Assembly (NCBI GenBank): GCA_016861265.1
Contig: BOLA01000001.1
Span: forward strand, 75,569 to 139,568
From: Patescibacteria group bacterium
Lineage (GTDB): Bacteria > Patescibacteriota > Dojkabacteria > J137
Direction of reading: 5' to 3'
DNA: 64,000 bases
Position numbers and translations under genes: made by a program. This document shows positions 40,301-53,485 of this stretch, piece by piece. Each line of letters opens with the position of its first letter. Position 1 is the stretch's first letter. The notes beneath the pieces are model-generated. The model was not told the origin of the DNA. It searched no databases and saw nothing but the letters and a program-made list of their open reading frames with translations.

Positions 40301-43300
40301 CACCTGTTAATGCAAGTTTAGTAGCTGAACCTACAGCAGTAGTAATTACTGCAGAATCATTTTCCCAGCCAACGTTTATACCGCTACCATCATTATTAAC
40401 AACCGAATCATCTCTTACTACAATGGTATGAGCTCCCAAGGTGGAATCTCTATAGAAAAAGTTTTTAGAAGTAGCGTACGCTGGGATATTAGTTGTAAAT
40501 GGAGCTAAAGACCAGTTCACGCCATCGGTAGAAAATTCTCCAGTTGCCGAATCAGAGTAAAAGTATAGTGGTGTAACTGCTAGTACAGGAATACCGGTAC
40601 CATTTATATCTTGAGCTTGAACAGTAATTTCAGTAGTTCTACCATCCAATGGAATAGTTTGACTACCATTAAGAATTTTTAATTTAGCAATTGTACCTTC
40701 ATCAGGTGCCGTCACTTCTATGTTACATTGACTTCCTGTTATATCAGGATCATCAACATCAGTTGCTGTTACACAGAACTCACCTTGAGTAACCATTGTT
40801 ACACCATTTACGAATGTATGCTCACCCAACATTGAATTATCAAAAGTAAAATCAGCAGGCAATATTGTTGCAGGATCAGTAGATGTAAAATTAACTGTTC
40901 CAGTGTAATCATGCAAAGGTGTTCCGCTGTAATCAGTACTAATAACGGTTACAGAACTCGGAACACCAACTTTAATTGGCGTAGTTACTCCTGTAATAAT
41001 AAATTGAAATTTGCTTTTTACGTTAACTTGCTGTGTTGCAGGCAAACTCTCAGCAACACCTGAGTCAGCAGTAATAGTTGGAGTACCTTTTGCATTATCT
41101 TTATAGTAGAAAGTCGCAGTTGAATTTCCGGCAGGTATAGTTACAGAACTATAATCCCATCGGGTGGACTCGTTTTCTTCAAGATCAACTGCAAAAAAGC
41201 CCGAAGTACTAGACGATGAAAGATTTAATGTAACATCAGTATCTAATATTATAGGGTTACCATTAATATCTTGAGCTTGTACAGTCATTGTTCCGGGTTC
41301 AGTAGCTCTAATATTTAATGGGGCAGAAATTATTGCAAATCTATCGTAAATATATCTGTAACCATTCGTAGCAATTGCTTCCTGTCCGTCACCATTAACA
41401 ACTTTAACATCTACTGGACCACCATCACCTTCAGGTGCATCTAGTGTAATAGTTGTTGAATCTACCAGATTAATGTTGCTTGCGATTCTATTGCCAAAGT
41501 AGACATCAAGATAATTATTCGTCTGCGGAAAGTTATTGTTGTAAAGGGTATCCACATCGGGCGCAGATAAATATCTATTAAATACTCTAAAGTCATCAAT
41601 TAAACCATCGTAATAGGCCCATTTAGATATTGCAGCCCCTCTTCCTACATTAGTGTAAGCTGTACCCAAAGAGGTTACTGTCCACCAATTAAATTGAAAG
41701 TTACCGGATCTTGAACCTATTAATACGTTGTCTAAGTAAAGACTTTGTGTATTTGTTGTTCCGGTTAGCACTACGTGGTGCCATTGACCGTCGTTTACTG
41801 CTCCAGAAGTTGTTAGGTATGCAGCCGTTGCTGTATATAGCTCAGCTCGTAATTTACCATCCGCCATTATCCATAAAACAGGTACAAAGGATACTGGAAC
41901 TCCCTGGGTAGGCTGTGTATCTGCTTGCCCTAATATTCCTACACTTGTGGAAGTAGTCTTAAACCATAAAGAAAAACTGATAGTAGTATTTTGGTTAAAG
42001 TTAGTTGGAATGTTTACATACTGTGGAGTTATGCTACCTTGAAAACTTAAACATTTCTCAAACTTACAATTACTGCTTACTCTTGTTGGATCGTACTCAG
42101 TACTAGAAGTTTCTGTACCTAAATGAGCATTTACACCAAAGGGTATAGAATTTTGCACATTCTGTCCGCTGGATTCATCAAACTTAAAGTGCGAGTTAAG
42201 TCCATCTCTAAATGGAATAGTATTTGCTATATTATAATTTTGTTGAATTTCGCCAAGATTCAATGCTTTGTTATAAAGCATTACTTCATCTATTACACCA
42301 TTAAAGTATTGCTGATTTCCTGTACTTCCTCCAGAAGGTCTTCCTATTTCAAATGCAGCCGGATTTACAAATATAGGACCTGCAAAGGCTAATGTATTAG
42401 CATCTAATACCCCATTAATATACATTCTAATTAACGAACCATCCCAGGTAAAGGCAACATTGCTCCATTGATTAACACTTAGTGTTGTATCAGAAACTAA
42501 ATTTATATACGAATTTCCGCCCACACTACTAATATCAACTCTCAATTTACCTTGTGGGGTTGTTGATAACTGATACGAATAGTTTGTTGTCCATGGAAAC
42601 TTACCTGCAATGACCATGTAATTAGTAAAGTTAGCAGGTTTAATCCATGCTTGCATAGAAATAGCATTTGGCGGATTTAGAACTGCACTCGAAGGTACAG
42701 AAATATAACCGGTTCCATTAAAGCTTCTTCCATTGCTAATATAACCAGTTGTATCGCTAACACCACCGCCTGCTGTACCGTTAAAATTATTACCACTCTT
42801 GTCGGTAATTGTTGAACCCGTATCGCTATTCATTGGCCAATACCCAACTAATCCATCGGTTACATATATAAAGGAATTTTTAGCCCTAAAGTTTTGACCT
42901 GTTATTGTAACTTCATTACCCCCTACTGTTGGTCCTCCTAAAGGATCAATATTCGTAATGACAGGAGCAGATTCAGAATAAATAACTGCATTTTCTAATG
43001 TTACCTGTGTCCCATCCGGATTAATTATCTGCACACTTACTTCACCTATTTCGTGTGCAGGTGCTACCGCCTGAATTGTATTTGAATCTATAAACGCTAC
43101 AGAGGTTGCATCAATTCCATCGAATTTAACACTTGGAGTTTCTCTAAAATCTGTTCCTGTAATTGTTAATGTTGTACCACCACCAAAGTATGGTCTATTA
43201 GGGTTTATGTCGGTTATTGTCGGAGCTGCTAAGTAAGTGTATGAACTTGGCAGTACATGGCTTTCGCCGTCTGGAGTAATAATTGTAATATCTTTTGTTC

Positions 43301-46300
43301 CAGAAGTACTTGCGGCAGTTGTAGCAATAATAGTTTCGGAATCAATCCATTCAACATTGGCGGCGCGTTCCTCTCCAAAAAATACCTGAATAGGCTGAGC
43401 AGTAATAACTGCTTTACCCGGCTGTCCGTTTGTACTTGCCGCACCTCCCGCACCCGCTCCAGAATTATCAGGATCCGATGCATTCGCCTGAGTAATATAA
43501 TTAGCTCCAATTGAGATTGGATTTATTAGGGCTGGATAACCAATATATCCTGAACCTCCTCCTCCTCCTCCCATTGTATTAGCTTCCTGATAGGCACCTC
43601 CACCTCCACCGTACCATCCACCTCCTCCAGATCCACCGTAGGAATAATAAACATTACCACCTGTATATTTGGAACCGGCAGTACCATTTCCACTACCGGT
43701 ACCCCCAGCACCACCAGCAGACTGAGTTCCTCCTCTTCCTCTGGCAAGTGGTAATTCCATAGAAAGTCCATCTTGCCCTGTTACACCGCCTGCGCCTCCT
43801 CCGGCTTGAGATAGTACATTCGATCTACTGCTTCCACCTCCGCCTCCACCTCCAGCAGTTAGAATATCTTCTCCGCTCAATCTTATTGCTGATCTACCTC
43901 CACCTTGTCCCCCATAGACACATCCATTAGTACAGTTATTGCCTGCCCCACCATAAAAGTTTAATGATGGAGAAACTCCTCCTCTAACTCCTCCCGCACC
44001 TACCATGACTGCAAGTTCTTGGTAATTATTTACGGGAAGCATTGCTGTGGTATATCCACCGCCACCACCTTGGTACCCATAAGTCCATCCGCCTGGTACA
44101 CCACCACCACCGCCGCCGCCCCATAGTTTTACATTAACACTGTCAACTCCTTCTGTTGCAACAAATTTCTGATCTTTGGCAAGGTAATCGTATGTTGTTT
44201 TATATAGGTAAGGTAGTAAATCAGAACCAGAAATTGTGACTTGGGTGCCTCCATCACTTGTACCCTCTGTTGGCAAGGCTGATTCCACTGATGCACCGGT
44301 ATATGTAAATGCGGATTCTAATGTATAAGTAATACCAGCTGAAATGATTTCAATATCTTTAGTTCCGGAGGAATTTCTTGGGGTTACTGCTTTTATAGTG
44401 TTTGAATCTAAATAAGTTACTTCTTTTGCATATTCACCACCGATTTTTACAGTAATAGGGTTTGTAATTATTACGACTCTACCTGATTTACCGCCCTCAA
44501 CGGCATTTCCACCTCTTCCGGCGGTATCGTTATAAGCATCAGTTGATTTCGGTTGTGTTTGCCCTGCTCCTGCTATTGTGGAACCAACAATAACTGAAGG
44601 GTCTGTTATATAACTCGAACCACCGCCACCACCGCCCATGGCCGTACTACCTTGATGAGCACCCGAACCACCTCCGTACCATCCACCTCCACCGCCTCCT
44701 CCATACGAATTTTGTAAAGGTGAACCTGCATTGTACTTGGAACCGTTACCTCCGGAAGAACCATCACCAATACCACCCGCTCCTCCGCTAATTTGACCTC
44801 CTCCAATTCCTCTTATTGGTGCATAAGCAGCCGATGAGCCATTTTCTCCTAGTAATCCTCCACCTGCACCTCCGGCCTGTGAGTTTGTATTCTGATAAGT
44901 AGTGCCTCCAGCACCACCTCCTCCTGCAGTTAATATATCTTCCCCATTTAGCCTTATTGCTGATCTTCCTCCACCTTGACCTCCATATCTACAGTCAGTA
45001 TTTACACAAGAAGCACCTCCGCCTCCATAACTTAAACCTCCTACTGCCATATTTCCACTATGCCCACCGCCACCCACCATAACTATTAACTGTTGTCCAG
45101 GGGTAACTGCAAGATCCGCTTCAGTGTATCCACCTGCTCCTCCAGGGTAACCATACGACCAACCCCCTGGATTTCCTCCGCCTCCACCTGCTCCCCACAT
45201 CTTTACTTTTATCGATGTAACTCCTTCTGGGACAGTAAATGTCTGGTCCACACCTGAATACGAAAATTCTGAAACTTTAGGAGTTGCAAAATTTTCACCT
45301 TCAATTGTAATTTCGGTACCACCAATTGTACTTCCGTTGTTAGGAGTAACAGAATCTGCCGTAACTGATTCGTAGGTATAAGCGTCTTCTAGTATATCTA
45401 CTGTTCCATCAGGATTAGTTATTGCAACATCTACCGTACCTACTGCATACTCTGGTGTTTCTGCCGTAATTGTATTTTTATCAATATAACGTACATTTTT
45501 TGCCTCAACCCCACCCACCGTTACCTTTAGAGTCAATGCAGATATAACTACCTTGCCTGGTTGACCAGCAACCCCTGCAGCACCTCCTGCACCTGCTCCA
45601 CTGTTATCATAGTCCGATGGGTTTGCCTGTAATGATAGTTTTCCTTGTAATGCAATAGGATTTACCAAGTTAGAATAACCAATATAACTAGATCCACCGC
45701 CGCCACCTCCCATGGTATTTGGCTCTAAAAAACCTCCTGTAGAACCTCCGTACCATCCACCGCCACCAGAACCTGCATATGTAGTCTGGGTATTGTGGCT
45801 ACCACCATTATATTTTGTTCCTGCAACTCCTGCAGTACTTGCGGCACCTCCCGCAACTTGAGTTCCTCCATTACCTGCATAGGTTGGCATATCCTCAGCA
45901 AGTCCCCTTTGACCAATTAACCCTCCACCCGCTCCACCGTTTTGTCTATTTATAATAGATCTACTAGAACCGCCTCCCCCACCTCCTCCAGCTGTTAGAA
46001 TATCTTCTCCATTTATTCTTATTGCTGACCGTCCCCCTCCTTGTCCTCCAAATACACAGTTCGTACTTTGTTGATTTGGGACACAGTTGGCTCCTCCCCC
46101 TCCGTAAGCTACATATTTCATCTTACTTACGCCATTTCCACCACCTGCACCAACAACTACATTTAAAATATCGCCTGGGTTTACACTTATATCACTTTCG
46201 GTGTATCCACCACCTCCTCCAGGATAACCATAGCTCCAACTTCCCGGATTTCCTCCTCCTCCTCCAGCACCCCACATTTTTACCCTAATTGAAGTCACAC

Positions 46301-49300
46301 CATCAGGAACTATAAAATATTGATCTGAGTTTGTTAGATTGTATGTTGTGGTTAATATACTTTTGCTGAAATCTTCTCCCGATATGGTTATTGTATCTCC
46401 ACCCGAAGTTGAACCACTCACAGGACTAATCGAAGTTATTGTTGGGCCAGTAAAGGTATATGCATCTTCAAGAATACTACTTTCACCATCTCCATTCCTA
46501 ACTGTAACATCCACGGTGCCAACTGCATGTGCAGGTGTTGTAGCAATTATTGTCGTTGAATTAATAAATCTTATATTCTTTGCAGGCACATCCCCAAATA
46601 GAACTGTATTTATTGAGGCTTCCACTATAACCCGTCCATTCTGTCCTGCAACTGAAGCCGTTCCTCCTGCACCAGCACCATTATTTAGTGTGTCTGCTGC
46701 ATTAGCTTGAGTCCTACCCTGACCTGACTTAGTTACTCCATTAGAAACACCTGGACCACCTATATAACTAGATCCACCTCCGCCACCGCCCATATAAATA
46801 TTTGTGTATGCTCCTCCTCCTCCTCCGTAATATCCACCGCCACCAGAACCGCCATAGGAATACGGTGTATTTGGTCTTCCACCCAAATATTTAATTCCCG
46901 CGGTTGCCCCAACGTTACTACCAGAACCTGCAGCACCACCTGCCACCTGTGTTCCGCCTTTTCCTGCATGTGCGTTATTCGAAGCTGAAATTCCACTAAC
47001 TCCAGTTAGGCCTCCACCTGCTCCTCCTGTAGCATCTGCATTACTATTATTCGTTGAACCTCCTCCTCCTCCTCCTCCTGTTACTATATCTTCGGTGCCA
47101 ATTTTAATTGCAGACCTTCCTCCACCTTGCCCTCCATATTGGCAGTCCGTTCCCCCGCAATTTGGTCCTCCACCTCCGTAGTTATACGCTTGATTACCTA
47201 CTAATCCGCTATTACCTCCCTGTCCAACAACTACAACCAGTAATTGCCCTGGAGTCACTGCAATATCTGCTTCAGTAAAACCTCCTCCTCCTCCCGGAAA
47301 TCCAAAGTGCCAACTTCCTTTATTTCCTCCACCTCCACCGGCACCCCACATTTTTACCCTTACGGATGTCACACCTTCGGGAACTATATAAGCCTGATCA
47401 GATCCTGTATATTCAAAAATTGTTGTTTTTACACTATCATCAAAGTTTAATCCTGTGATTGTTACATCTTCGCCACCCATTGAAGATCCCGATGTACTAG
47501 ACAGAGATTGTACCTGAGGAGCTAGGTATGTATAAGCATTCGATAGTATTGCTTCTTGCCCGTCTGGATTAGTTACTATTACATCGTATGTTCCGGCAAG
47601 ATGACCAGGAATTGTAGCTGTAATTGTATTAGAGTCTATAACTCTTACATTCCTGGCAACAACTCCACCTACCGTTACCATTTTAGGGAGTACATCAATA
47701 ATTACTTTACCAGGTGTACCGGCTGTGGAAACATTACCACCAAGACCTGCACCCCCATTGTCTAAATCGTAGCTTCTTGCCTGGGTTCTATTCACGGCAC
47801 CAACCATTAATCCATTTGTAATTCCTTGTGTTCCTACGTAACCTGAACCTCCACCACCTCCGCCCATATAAGTACCTGTATAGGCTCCACCGCCGCCGCC
47901 GTAGTATCCCCCTCCACCTGATCCACCATAAGAATATGGGCTATTCGGTCTACCTCCTAAATATTTTTGACCAGCGGTTGCACCAACCTGACTACCAGAC
48001 CCTGCGGCTCCCCCTGCAGCTTGAGTTCCTCCCTTTCCTGCATATGCAGAATTGGCTTGTGCAACGCCATCTTCACCTACTACGCCACCACCGCCGCCTC
48101 CATATTCAAATGAACTTGTTCCATTAGTTGAACCTCCTCCACCTCCTCCGCCTGCGGTCAAAACATCATCTCCACTGTATCTTATTGCAGACCTTCCTCC
48201 ACCTTGCCCTCCATACTTACAGTCTGTTCCACCGCAGTTTGGTCCTCCACCTCCATAGTTATAGTTAGTGTTACCTGTAGTACCAGCATTTCCTCCAGCA
48301 CCAACCATAACAGTTAAAACTTGGCCTGGCACAACAGACATATCTGCTTCAGTGTATCCTCCTCCACCTCCCTGATATCCGAATGACCAACCTCCTTTAT
48401 GTCCACCTCCTCCACCTCCTCCCCACATTCTTACCTTAATTTTATTAACTCCATCAGGAACAGTATATGTCTGATCTGCACCAGTATAAGTATATGTTTT
48501 TGTACCTCCATTTGTATCAAAATTAGATCCATAAATAGTTATGTCTGTCTCGCCTATACTTGGACCAGAAGTTGATGAAATAGAACTAATACTTGGCGAA
48601 GTCGATGAAAAGTAATTTATAGATACCGAGTCTAGTTCAACTTGCTGACTTGAATTGTCAGCGTGTAAGAACGCCTTAAACTTCAATTTTCCTGTACCAA
48701 TTTCAGATGGAAAACTCGAAATATTACTATTAACTTCAGCAGCAGAATTTGATTCCTCGTAGCCTGCGGAAGTGAGCGTCCAGTTACTGCCGTTCCACCA
48801 GTACCATACCTCAGAGGTTTTGTTCTGCTCTGTACCGAACTCAACAGAAGGCTCTATTCCAGATGTTTTTCTTGCTAGTACAAAGTCAATGTATGTATCT
48901 GTTGTATTAGTTGTTCCTGCTAAAGAACCTGTAAAATACCCCAAGATTAGGTATGGTGCAAAATCACCCGGGGAGTTATATGTATTGGTTACATTTCTAT
49001 TCTGATAATATTTTAGTGCTGTTGGTGTAACCCCGAAGCCGCTAACAACATATGTATTTGCTGTAGGAGTGAATTGAAATCCATCATTAATAATATCATA
49101 ACTTGCTACCGACCCAGTGGCAGCACCCCCGATTTGATTAATACTGGTATTGTTTGTTACTAATAATACTAACCTATTCGAATTAGCATTACTGCCTGCT
49201 ACGCTATTGGTATTAGAAGTGGTTATTCCAGAATAAGCTGTTTGAGATGCCGCCCATTTTGCCCTCATTTCGAATGCAACATTAAGATTTGAACTTAATA

Positions 49301-50621
49301 TTGGAGCAGTGGAATAAACTGAACCGGTTTGTATAAACAATTCTCCATTAGAAACCGAAGTGCTTCCAGTGGCTGTCCAAATAGAAGTATTTAAAGGTGC
49401 AGCGTTAAATCCATCGAAAAATAAGAATACACTATTTGAATCCTGTAAGTCCGTTGCCGATGAATTACCGTAGTAAACGTAAACAGAAGTTCCCGCCGTT
49501 GTTACAGATGGTATTTTAGTCCAAATGTATGTTGAAGTTGTGTTACAACCATTTGTTCCAGTCTCAATCCAATACGGTAAAACAATGTTGTTGTCTGTTG
49601 TAACTCGAATATCTTGACATGCAGATTGTAATTTACCGGCCGAAATTAATGCAGCAGTATTAACTGTAAGTTTTACTTGATAGTCGGTTAAGGTTGTATC
49701 GTTTGATATTACACCCAATTCCTGTCTATAGTTCCATGATTGGTTGTACCAGTTACTAAAATTGTTGCTTAATTGATATCTTATGTTTCCCTGGTTGTTA
49801 GCACCCAAGGTCTCGCTAAACCCTGACAATGTAGTGTATACAACGCCTTTATTTATTACGTAAGGATTATCTGTTGCATAACTTCCTGAGTTGTTAACAA
49901 GTTTTACAACCCCATCTACAATTTCAATTTTTGACGGATCAGAAAGAATAAAGTCTTTTGTTGTAGAAAACACCCAAGAAACTGTAGGGTCAATTACTAC
50001 TGGATATTCTACATTCGTAAATTCGCTGGCATTTGCCGGAATTAATTTAATATTATTTTGTTCAATATTATATTTATAGTTTATTTTTTTTGAATTCTTA
50101 TCTTGAGCAACTGGCGGGTATATATAGTAAGCTAACTTATTATTTTCAAGAATTTTTATTCCGCCTTCATCTGTAGTTTCAAGTGTAAAGTTACTATTTA
50201 TACTAAATTCAAATTCTCTAGGTGAACTTGAGCTATTCAAAATAATATCCTCTTTTACATAATCCTTAAATGTTTGATAAATTATTGAGTAATCCTGGTC
50301 ATTATTGGTAAGTGTAAGATTATTTTCATTAAGTTGTTGTTCAAAATTACTGCCTGTTCTAATAGCAAAATTCAAAGAAGTATTTGTAGGAGTATCAATT
50401 TCTACAATTGGCAAAAAGTCTTCGTTTGGTTGTAGAGTTTTAGGGAATTTTACAACTGCGTTATTTGTTTCCGAAAGGTAAACTTCTGATTCCTCTTTTA
50501 TATTATTTGGGGTTGAATCTAAATCATCTAATGAAATATAGGAATTCTCAAAATCTACTGACTCTGTTTTTCTTTTTACATTAGAAAGTAGTAATACAGA
50601 TGCAACAACGAATGTTAACAA
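31365..50621 (-). CDS. Giant (6418 aa) secreted/surface protein: IPT/TIG domains, Gly-rich modules, LamG domains, dozens of Ig-like repeats, C-terminal FN3-like domains
   Basis: Single ORF with N-terminal signal/TM ([15 protein letters not shown]). Five IPT/TIG + Gly-rich modules (MWGxGGGGG..GGWS(F/Y)[10 protein letters not shown] ... [10 protein letters not shown] ... IPT: V.A.NVR.ID.NTI.A.TP....GT.DV...NPDG). Extra IPT domains. Two LamG domains (LVGYWPMN..., ...WHHVVLTG). About 40 Ig-like ~105-aa repeats. FN3-like C-terminus. Confidence 0.85.
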   Translation of the reverse strand: MLTFVVASVLLLSNVKRKTESVDFENSYISLDDLDSTPNNIKEESEVYLSETNNAVVKFPKTLQPNEDFLPIVEIDTPTNTSLNFAIRTGSNFEQQLNENNLTLTNNDQDYSIIYQTFKDYVKEDIILNSSSSPREFEFSINSNFTLETTDEGGIKILENNKLAYYIYPPVAQDKNSKKINYKYNIEQNNIKLIPANASEFTNVEYPVVIDPTVSWVFSTTKDFILSDPSKIEIVDGVVKLVNNSGSYATDNPYVINKGVVYTTLSGFSETLGANNQGNIRYQLSNNFSNWYNQSWNYRQELGVISNDTTLTDYQVKLTVNTAALISAGKLQSACQDIRVTTDNNIVLPYWIETGTNGCNTTSTYIWTKIPSVTTAGTSVYVYYGNSSATDLQDSNSVFLFFDGFNAAPLNTSIWTATGSTSVSNGELFIQTGSVYSTAPILSSNLNVAFEMRAKWAASQTAYSGITTSNTNSVAGSNANSNRLVLLVTNNTSINQIGGAATGSVASYDIINDGFQFTPTANTYVVSGFGVTPTALKYYQNRNVTNTYNSPGDFAPYLILGYFTGSLAGTTNTTDTYIDFVLARKTSGIEPSVEFGTEQNKTSEVWYWWNGSNWTLTSAGYEESNSAAEVNSNISSFPSEIGTGKLKFKAFLHADNSSQQVELDSVSINYFSSTSPSISSISSTSGPSIGETDITIYGSNFDTNGGTKTYTYTGADQTYTVPDGVNKIKVRMWGGGGGGGHKGGWSFGYQGGGGGYTEADMSVVPGQVLTVMVGAGGNAGTTGNTNYNYGGGGPNCGGTDCKYGGQGGGRSAIRYSGDDVLTAGGGGGGGSTNGTSSFEYGGGGGGVVGEDGVAQANSAYAGKGGTQAAGGAAGSGSQVGATAGQKYLGGRPNSPYSYGGSGGGGYYGGGGGAYTGTYMGGGGGGSGYVGTQGITNGLMVGAVNRTQARSYDLDNGGAGLGGNVSTAGTPGKVIIDVLPKMVTVGGVVARNVRVIDSNTITATIPGHLAGTYDVIVTNPDGQEAILSNAYTYLAPQVQSLSSTSGSSMGGEDVTITGLNFDDSVKTTIFEYTGSDQAYIVPEGVTSVRVKMWGAGGGGGNKGSWHFGFPGGGGGFTEADIAVTPGQLLVVVVGQGGNSGLVGNQAYNYGGGGPNCGGTDCQYGGQGGGRSAIKIGTEDIVTGGGGGGGSTNNSNADATGGAGGGLTGVSGISASNNAHAGKGGTQVAGGAAGSGSNVGATAGIKYLGGRPNTPYSYGGSGGGGYYGGGGGAYTNIYMGGGGGGSSYIGGPGVSNGVTKSGQGRTQANAADTLNNGAGAGGTASVAGQNGRVIVEASINTVLFGDVPAKNIRFINSTTIIATTPAHAVGTVDVTVRNGDGESSILEDAYTFTGPTITSISPVSGSTSGGDTITISGEDFSKSILTTTYNLTNSDQYFIVPDGVTSIRVKMWGAGGGGGNPGSWSYGYPGGGGGYTESDISVNPGDILNVVVGAGGGNGVSKMKYVAYGGGGANCVPNQQSTNCVFGGQGGGRSAIRINGEDILTAGGGGGGGSSRSIINRQNGGAGGGLIGQRGLAEDMPTYAGNGGTQVAGGAASTAGVAGTKYNGGSHNTQTTYAGSGGGGWYGGSTGGFLEPNTMGGGGGGSSYIGYSNLVNPIALQGKLSLQANPSDYDNSGAGAGGAAGVAGQPGKVVISALTLKVTVGGVEAKNVRYIDKNTITAETPEYAVGTVDVAITNPDGTVDILEDAYTYESVTADSVTPNNGSTIGGTEITIEGENFATPKVSEFSYSGVDQTFTVPEGVTSIKVKMWGAGGGGGNPGGWSYGYPGGAGGYTEADLAVTPGQQLIVMVGGGGHSGNMAVGGLSYGGGGASCVNTDCRYGGQGGGRSAIRLNGEDILTAGGGGAGGTTYQNTNSQAGGAGGGLLGENGSSAAYAPIRGIGGGQISGGAGGIGDGSSGGNGSKYNAGSPLQNSYGGGGGGGWYGGGSGAHQGSTAMGGGGGGSSYITDPSVIVGSTIAGAGQTQPKSTDAYNDTAGRGGNAVEGGKSGRVVIITNPITVKIGGEYAKEVTYLDSNTIKAVTPRNSSGTKDIEIISAGITYTLESAFTYTGASVESALPTEGTSDGGTQVTISGSDLLPYLYKTTYDYLAKDQKFVATEGVDSVNVKLWGGGGGGGVPGGWTYGYQGGGGGYTTAMLPVNNYQELAVMVGAGGVRGGVSPSLNFYGGAGNNCTNGCVYGGQGGGRSAIRLSGEDILTAGGGGGGGSSRSNVLSQAGGGAGGVTGQDGLSMELPLARGRGGTQSAGGAGGTGSGNGTAGSKYTGGNVYYSYGGSGGGGWYGGGGGAYQEANTMGGGGGGSGYIGYPALINPISIGANYITQANASDPDNSGAGAGGAASTNGQPGKAVITAQPIQVFFGEERAANVEWIDSETIIATTAASTSGTKDITIITPDGESHVLPSSYTYLAAPTITDINPNRPYFGGGTTLTITGTDFRETPSVKFDGIDATSVAFIDSNTIQAVAPAHEIGEVSVQIINPDGTQVTLENAVIYSESAPVITNIDPLGGPTVGGNEVTITGQNFRAKNSFIYVTDGLVGYWPMNSDTGSTITDKSGNNFNGTAGGGVSDTTGYISNGRSFNGTGYISVPSSAVLNPPNAISMQAWIKPANFTNYMVIAGKFPWTTNYSYQLSTTPQGKLRVDISSVGGNSYINLVSDTTLSVNQWSNVAFTWDGSLIRMYINGVLDANTLAFAGPIFVNPAAFEIGRPSGGSTGNQQYFNGVIDEVMLYNKALNLGEIQQNYNIANTIPFRDGLNSHFKFDESSGQNVQNSIPFGVNAHLGTETSSTEYDPTRVSSNCKFEKCLSFQGSITPQYVNIPTNFNQNTTISFSLWFKTTSTSVGILGQADTQPTQGVPVSFVPVLWIMADGKLRAELYTATAAYLTTSGAVNDGQWHHVVLTGTTNTQSLYLDNVLIGSRSGNFQFNWWTVTSLGTAYTNVGRGAAISKWAYYDGLIDDFRVFNRYLSAPDVDTLYNNNFPQTNNYLDVYFGNRIASNINLVDSTTITLDAPEGDGGPVDVKVVNGDGQEAIATNGYRYIYDRFAIISAPLNIRATEPGTMTVQAQDINGNPIILDTDVTLNLSSSSTSGFFAVDLEENESTRWDYSSVTIPAGNSTATFYYKDNAKGTPTITADSGVAESLPATQQVNVKSKFQFIITGVTTPIKVGVPSSVTVISTDYSGTPLHDYTGTVNFTSTDPATILPADFTFDNSMLGEHTFVNGVTMVTQGEFCVTATDVDDPDITGSQCNIEVTAPDEGTIAKLKILNGSQTIPLDGRTTEITVQAQDINGTGIPVLAVTPLYFYSDSATGEFSTDGVNWSLAPFTTNIPAYATSKNFFYRDSTLGAHTIVVRDDSVVNNDGSGINVGWENDSAVITTAVGSATKLALTGVPNSIASDVVSNAISISMQDIAGNNLTATQDKTVYLTSSNNSILFSENGVSGFSNTLSTKILTGNLTATVYIKSSVSGSTNIVLSDANPADGATGLLDDSKTINVAAGLPSKIVLLNSPSEVVAGEASEVFTVQLQDANNNPSPANGPLTIYLSASNANALFSATSFGATVTTITIPNGNDSVNFYFKQNQYFATQTITIADTVGGFGSGGITDVQTTVNVLTGSPSSLDIIENSYNATAGVAAGPLTAALKNTFGVEIPTQNDLQLYLYTNSTGSTKEFSLLSTPWNAITEHLLGAGQSRFTFYYKDSKSGTSTIKVSDDNNPSFEFGLTDGTLNVTVAAAAPASVKFSSTSKTADAGVATGAITITLYDQYNNIANAPSNRVINLSSSSAGGRFDTASNGAFNGSITSVTINSGQNNKNFFYKDTNIGTPTITLTSSGITGDTQSQNIVAGNVTSYAITATSTSITAGNVLDKLTIRTYNAGNVNIPVPSAFAIDLQTNSTGGRFDITQAGTFDGTVTSVVIPMNQNYVDFYYKDTKAGTSIISGIKSGFTTATRNIQVTAAAASKLAFKDSVLSGLNTGQKSNGIFIQSQDQYGNTSNVTGNTTIYLHSSSANSEFYNITNNLITSIQIPANSFEVPIYYKDFNVGTSTITITDFVYPDSPDQGLTNASKNINITYGNPAKIDISTSSLDLEVGTPSQVTLNLLNQYDQVVPAVGDTVITLSSSSLTGEFDTNPNGAFNLTNVTVPNGISSITFYYRDTISGSATITAAKSGLTSDSITYNLTPTNVFSLVFNNAIQTVTAGESSNVFIIKFRDQYGNYTIADADFTINLSSEEATAQFALANSGPWNVNSVNVLSGADDARFYYKDTVASTKQISVSASGLQSSSQNVIITASEPTSMAFVPNTPQTVAGQIASGVINVVLYDQYSNVAKPSSTLTLNLSSDSSQYQFSATVTPWTPITSVNILDSQTQASFYYKDWIIGNPIITVADNASNLSDITLDFTIVASDATKLIFTTEEQSTFVNTPSDNIEFFVADDNGYETQLNADSTVLVTSSSTTGRFSIDNGQSWTNDITFNILASTSTIRSFKYVDSQEGDVVITISSAGLTSATQDLTVTSGTISKIGIQGENTISAGVPIALTIQTLNTENIPVSVQSSTVLKLETTSSTGEFSIAENPWLSITEVTMEQWQNQKTIYYKDTIAGAATITINALVDQGWEDGIKSIDTNSAAYSRIIFLAKPLTVIAEDVSTQFVIQTVDQYGNFVDADARTVYIHSPISGNLSEDGLSFSGSPLTLNLADGESTAVFYYKDAQPGNKVIQATDTQTVLNPDIGIVDAVTTLNVLGQTAEGIRITSIEYTGDNKIIAGQITGVITIEAYKTDNTPAILGTDLQINLSTLPELSGSFKATADTQAADIVTATIPAGQTSTNVYFTTTKAGTFTLNFDTDSITDTTQDIEFVADVADHFVFLTTQQSIGAGNESAQFRVELQDAYNNAAVFDTDLVVQLSSTGSGEFSVQNGLNWQQINQITLTAGNSDVYFYYKDTVSGSYTLTLDEIPDQGLTAATQTYFVTSGSVSSIRFVSSSNSLQVNQPSNAITVGLYDIFGNPTIAQTNTNIYLYSSSNQGQFALSNEFNSNINSGTIDAGSSNFIFYYKDLTSNNALITVSDQSSLDNPDVGITNASQTQVISWGAAVKLSFINADSSVQAGSPKQLQLRLLNTYNGIVQTPEDVSVYLSSTSGTGLFSLDSSFDLTLTEYTIAENNTGVDLYYKDTSASSVTVTASDTMAPNPDSGLTNATQTFSVASQALSKLVFITTVQNLTVGQVSNIMSVQARDVYGNITTVQSDTPFYLYSTSATGQFSNSTNFGGGDLIYQKIMTSGTSTISFYYKDSTYVAPASNPVIKVSNQFPNPGIDDSITDATQMQAINAGNVSQMTFEPSSNLGTLIAGVPSSALTVAFKNQYGIEIPLTSVKTLYLFSSLGGAQFAAWNGSACSTFGITSIDVSISSSRFNFCYKSSQSGSTTLTVSDTAVSNPDTAWTNATGTLTIDPGIISQIVFNNSNPQTVVARHASNELKIETRNQYGNPTAVTSNRTIFLRSSSSTGEFALSSTGPWGVNFATISTGQSGISVYYRDSTYTSSTPVTITAADSLPLIPDTGWTNATLSVNVSLQTVQNFLVTNISDPQVQGNASSVVVMARDSENFVVDWYTGTITFSSSDSGAVLPPSYTFTTADKGLKTFINGVAFSQTGEHYVRATDNNGIIGEQANITVISNAAGPATQVKFKEVANPLYVQRDNASVPITIQLRDSNNQAAIAGVGGFTIKLSSSSGTGEYSASANGPWVSSGVFTIPQNFNAVNVYYKDSTAGNFTLTASDWLGNADDSGISNDAVTAIVNTVLINVSTDLEVNGNIHTYVDSPIIYAKNDTGAYLAKADFQISTTDAITNAPKQSNLVINWKGTNGSILQTNNVSNVVSNSYSVTNITGTAQTGNYTLEVQATTTDGTFTNTQTVNIPVSGWTAKIDYNPDNINVGQPIQFTIQTRLNGAFTDATNLVVNLKDNNGSDVVGTGYSKNLAQLSKTSTGQYSGTLSSNGLSVVNPYYLYTKLLDNSNNIVAEDNNNDIFFENNPAAQVKNFTIQKEITSTAPASETYNLNFSWDSAQYANKYNLYRSTNRFTQLFQDSCTVQDIADSHRFGDNGAVEPFCNAVISQLVDVDDSSSWVKMATVDSPATTYSIPWSQVESDLTNSTYYFILRAENESGESGYSTLVYSQRRSYGFNSTLANTNWISIPYESTYTKASDIVNEIEGGTGSGTNQKINTITLWKPNSQDVESFKYNPLLGKWVGSDFSINAGDGISLILSGNISNFNWTVAGNDISAQLTFNANADKPNRNWLSLPYSTIYANASEIVSNIEGALNTNQKINAVYRWNSTTQSVEAFTFNSSLGIWEGSDFAINPGDGISINLSGGTSNIIWNPYLIINPNK
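43000..48450 (-). repeat. Intragenic tandem repeat in the 6418-aa gene: five copies, period ~1083 bp (~361 aa; Gly-rich module plus IPT/TIG)
   Basis: The MWG(G/A)GGGGG start of the Gly-rich block recurs five times. Residue count between successive KVRMWG...VRVKMWG is 361. Antisense poly-Pro pseudo-ORFs (e.g. 48052-48258) mirror the poly-Gly coding. Confidence 0.75.
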
Positions 50622-50937
50622 TATAGCTACAAATACTATTCTGTAGTGTTTAACTATAAGTCCTTTAATTCCTGAAAAGTTTATTCCTGAACTATTATCT
50701 GCTTCTTTTTGTTTAAAAAAACTTATTCGGGTTTTAAGGTAATTTTGTAATAAATTTAAAGGTTTCAGAGTATATAAAAATCATTTATAAAATCGAGATT
50801 TTACTAATACATATTAAATAATTTCGGTGTCAATTTCTACTTTTTAAGTAAATAAATTTAATAAATTTTTACAAAGACAACACTCGCATTTTATTTAGTG
50901 AGTCTATATTAAAAATATTAATTATTAATATAGAATT

Positions 50938-51483
50938 ATGAACGAAAAAAGCAATACTTTTTTAGAGGATTGGTTAAAGCATGCTTACGTAATGGAGAAT
51001 AAGTTAATAACAGTATTAACAAAACATGCAGATGACGCAGCAAACTTTCCCGAAGTACAAGACAGAATTAAACAACACTTACAGGAAACTAAGGGACATG
51101 CGGAAAGAGTAAAGGAATGTCTTGAAACATTAAATGTTGCAGTCCCAGAATTTCAGGCAGATGTAAAACAACTCGGAGCTAATCTTTCAACTTTATTTAA
51201 TGGTGAATCAGAAGAATATAAATTAATTAAGAATTCAATTATGGATTATTCAGCAGAAAATATGGAAATTGCAGTTTACAATACACTACTAACAATTTCA
51301 GAACAAAGTAACAATTCTACAGTGTCTGAAGTTTGTACTAGTATTCTTGCAGAGGAACATTCTATGGCAAAGTGGCTAGACGATAATTTAGGTGATTTAG
51401 TTGTTCAGCTATACGACGAACAAAATGCTACTGAAGAAACTGGTGATAGTGGTGAAATAACTCCTCCAGAAGATAAAATATAA
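50938..51483 (+). CDS. Ferritin-like DUF892 (YciE/YciF-type) stress protein
   Basis: All-helical protein with spaced E/H residues (LQETKGHAERVKECLE ... LAEEHSMAKWLDDNL) matching the DUF892/YciF pattern. Confidence 0.55.
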   Translation: MNEKSNTFLEDWLKHAYVMENKLITVLTKHADDAANFPEVQDRIKQHLQETKGHAERVKECLETLNVAVPEFQADVKQLGANLSTLFNGESEEYKLIKNSIMDYSAENMEIAVYNTLLTISEQSNNSTVSEVCTSILAEEHSMAKWLDDNLGDLVVQLYDEQNATEETGDSGEITPPEDKI

Positions 51484-51516
51484 ATTAAAGGCTCCGTTAG
51501 GAGCCTTTTTTCAATA

Positions 51517-51855
51517 TTATTTTTTAACCTTAGGTGGTTTTGCTGCCGCAACATCAGCCGCCATATTTACCCAGCTCGCTAGATCTTCATCGCTAGCTGC
51601 GCTTGGATTTTCAACAATAACCATTCCTTTCATTGGCTTTTCGCCCATCATCATTGGTTTCATTCCTGGCATAGATAATGCCTTTTCATAGTTTTCTCCA
51701 CCAACACTTAATGTAAAACCTCTACTATTAATGCTGCAAACCATATTGCCATTAATTCCAAAGTTTAATCCTCCAAATAAATTTCGCTCTTCTACACCTT
51801 GTCTTGAACTTAAAACAGATCTAACTCTGCTTGCTAAAGATTCATCGTAAGCCAT
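51517..51855 (-). CDS. TfoX N-terminal domain protein
   Basis: MAYDESLASRVRSVLSSRQGVEERNLFGGLNFGINGNMVCSI...MPGMKPMMMGEKPMKGMVIVENP matches the TfoX_N family consensus (MAYDE.LAERIR..L....V.EKKMFGGLAFMVNGNM..G...). Confidence 0.6.
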   Translation of the reverse strand: MAYDESLASRVRSVLSSRQGVEERNLFGGLNFGINGNMVCSINSRGFTLSVGGENYEKALSMPGMKPMMMGEKPMKGMVIVENPSAASDEDLASWVNMAADVAAAKPPKVKK

Positions 51856-51962
51856 AATGAATGAATAATAAATATGTAAATATTCTAGTATTTTGGCAGA
51901 GAATTATTGCTAATGCAATAACTAATTATCAAATACTTAGCTGTACTATTGTCTATAGTGTA

Positions 51963-52376
51963 TTATGCTTTCTTTTGTAAAATGTTCACCATCCAATTAA
52001 TGCCAAATTTGTCTACTACCATTCCAAATGTATCTCCCCAAGGAGCCTGCATTAAAGGTTGGGAAATATTTCCGCCTACACTTAGTTTTTCCCAGTAGCT
52101 TCTTAATACTTCTTCATCTTCTCCACTTAAAGAAAGACTAATTCCGGCTGGTACATCGTAAGGTCCCATGTTAGATGGAGAATCTGCCACCATTAAAGTC
52201 ATATTAGAGGTAGTTAATTGACCGTGCATTAACCAATCTTCTTCTTCTGCTGCAACAGGAACGCCGCTTTCCTTGAAAGTATTTGCTGTAACTTCGCCGC
52301 CGAATACGCCTCTATAGAATTCTAGTGCTTCTCGAGCGTTTCCCTTTAAATGAAGATATGGATTAAAAGTAACCAT
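51963..52376 (-). CDS. VOC-family (glyoxalase/bleomycin-resistance fold) PhnB-like protein
   Basis: MVTFNPYLHLKGNAREALEFYRGVFGGEV...APWGDTFGMVVDKFGINWMVN is the typical PhnB/3-demethylubiquinone methyltransferase-like VOC signature. Confidence 0.65.
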   Translation of the reverse strand: MVTFNPYLHLKGNAREALEFYRGVFGGEVTANTFKESGVPVAAEEEDWLMHGQLTTSNMTLMVADSPSNMGPYDVPAGISLSLSGEDEEVLRSYWEKLSVGGNISQPLMQAPWGDTFGMVVDKFGINWMVNILQKKA

Positions 52377-52490
52377 ATTTTTATTTTTAAAAAATAATAC
52401 TTAAGTTTAGCAGTAAATGATCAAACTAAAAAACCCTTACTATAAATATTTTGTTATTGTTTAAACCATATTCACATCTTTTCTTTAGAA

Positions 52491-53453
52491 TTGTTCTTGA
52501 TTACCTATAATTTAATGACACTGACAATAAAAAGGAGATTTATTAATCGTATAATATTAATAACGACTATAGTTTTTATACTAATTTCTGTAATTATTTT
52601 TATGACAAGACATGTAAGTAGCACCTCATTAAATATGGGAAAAGCCGAAATGTATGTTCGTAACCTTGCGCCAATGAAAGAATTTTACGTAGATTTGGTA
52701 GGGTTAGAAATCCTAAAAGAGGATTCCAATGAACTTGAACTCGGATTTAAAAATAAAGGGATAATTACTTTAATAAAAAAGACAGGTTTTAATTCTGAAA
52801 ATCAAAATGAAGCAGGCCTTTACCACAATGCAATTTTATTTGAATCTAGAGGTGCTCTAGCAGAATCCATTAATAGGGTTTTAAATAAGCTATATACAAA
52901 TTATCAGGGAAGTGCCGATCATCTGGTCAGTGAAGCTTTTTATTTTGCTGACCCCGAGGGTAACGGTGTTGAATTATACTTTGATAAACCAAGATCTGAC
53001 TGGCAATTCGACCAGAATGGAAAACCAATAATGGGTGGTATTTACATTGATGAACAGAGGTACATTCAAGATAATATTAATTCGGATAATACGACGACCC
53101 ATATAGAGATGGGACATATTCATTTAAAAGTGGGTAATATTCAAACTGCTAAACAATTTTACGTAGACATTTTAAAATTCGATATTATTAGACAAACGTC
53201 AGATAGTTTATTTATATCTAGAGATGGGTATCATCATCATATTGGTATGAATACGTGGCAAAGTTTGGGTGCTGGAAAAAGACGAGAAAACATTTATGGA
53301 TTATATAGTTTTGAACTAAAAGTAAGTTCCAATTATTTTAATGAGATCAATGAGAGTCTAAAAACTAACAATCAAGATGTAATGGAGAATTCATCTAACT
53401 CAATAGAAGTTTTAGACCCTTGGGGGAATGTTGTAAAAATAAGAACAATATAA
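52491..53453 (+). CDS. Two-domain VOC-family protein (ring-cleaving extradiol dioxygenase-like), N-terminal TM
   Basis: Two glyoxalase-like modules (MYVRNLAPMKEFYVDLVGLEIL... and IEMGHIHLKVGNIQTAKQFYVDILKFDII...HHHIGM). N-terminal hydrophobic helix. Confidence 0.55.
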   Translation: MFLITYNLMTLTIKRRFINRIILITTIVFILISVIIFMTRHVSSTSLNMGKAEMYVRNLAPMKEFYVDLVGLEILKEDSNELELGFKNKGIITLIKKTGFNSENQNEAGLYHNAILFESRGALAESINRVLNKLYTNYQGSADHLVSEAFYFADPEGNGVELYFDKPRSDWQFDQNGKPIMGGIYIDEQRYIQDNINSDNTTTHIEMGHIHLKVGNIQTAKQFYVDILKFDIIRQTSDSLFISRDGYHHHIGMNTWQSLGAGKRRENIYGLYSFELKVSSNYFNEINESLKTNNQDVMENSSNSIEVLDPWGNVVKIRTI

Positions 53454-53485
53454 ATTAGGAGCTGTTGTAACAGCTCCTATAAAAT

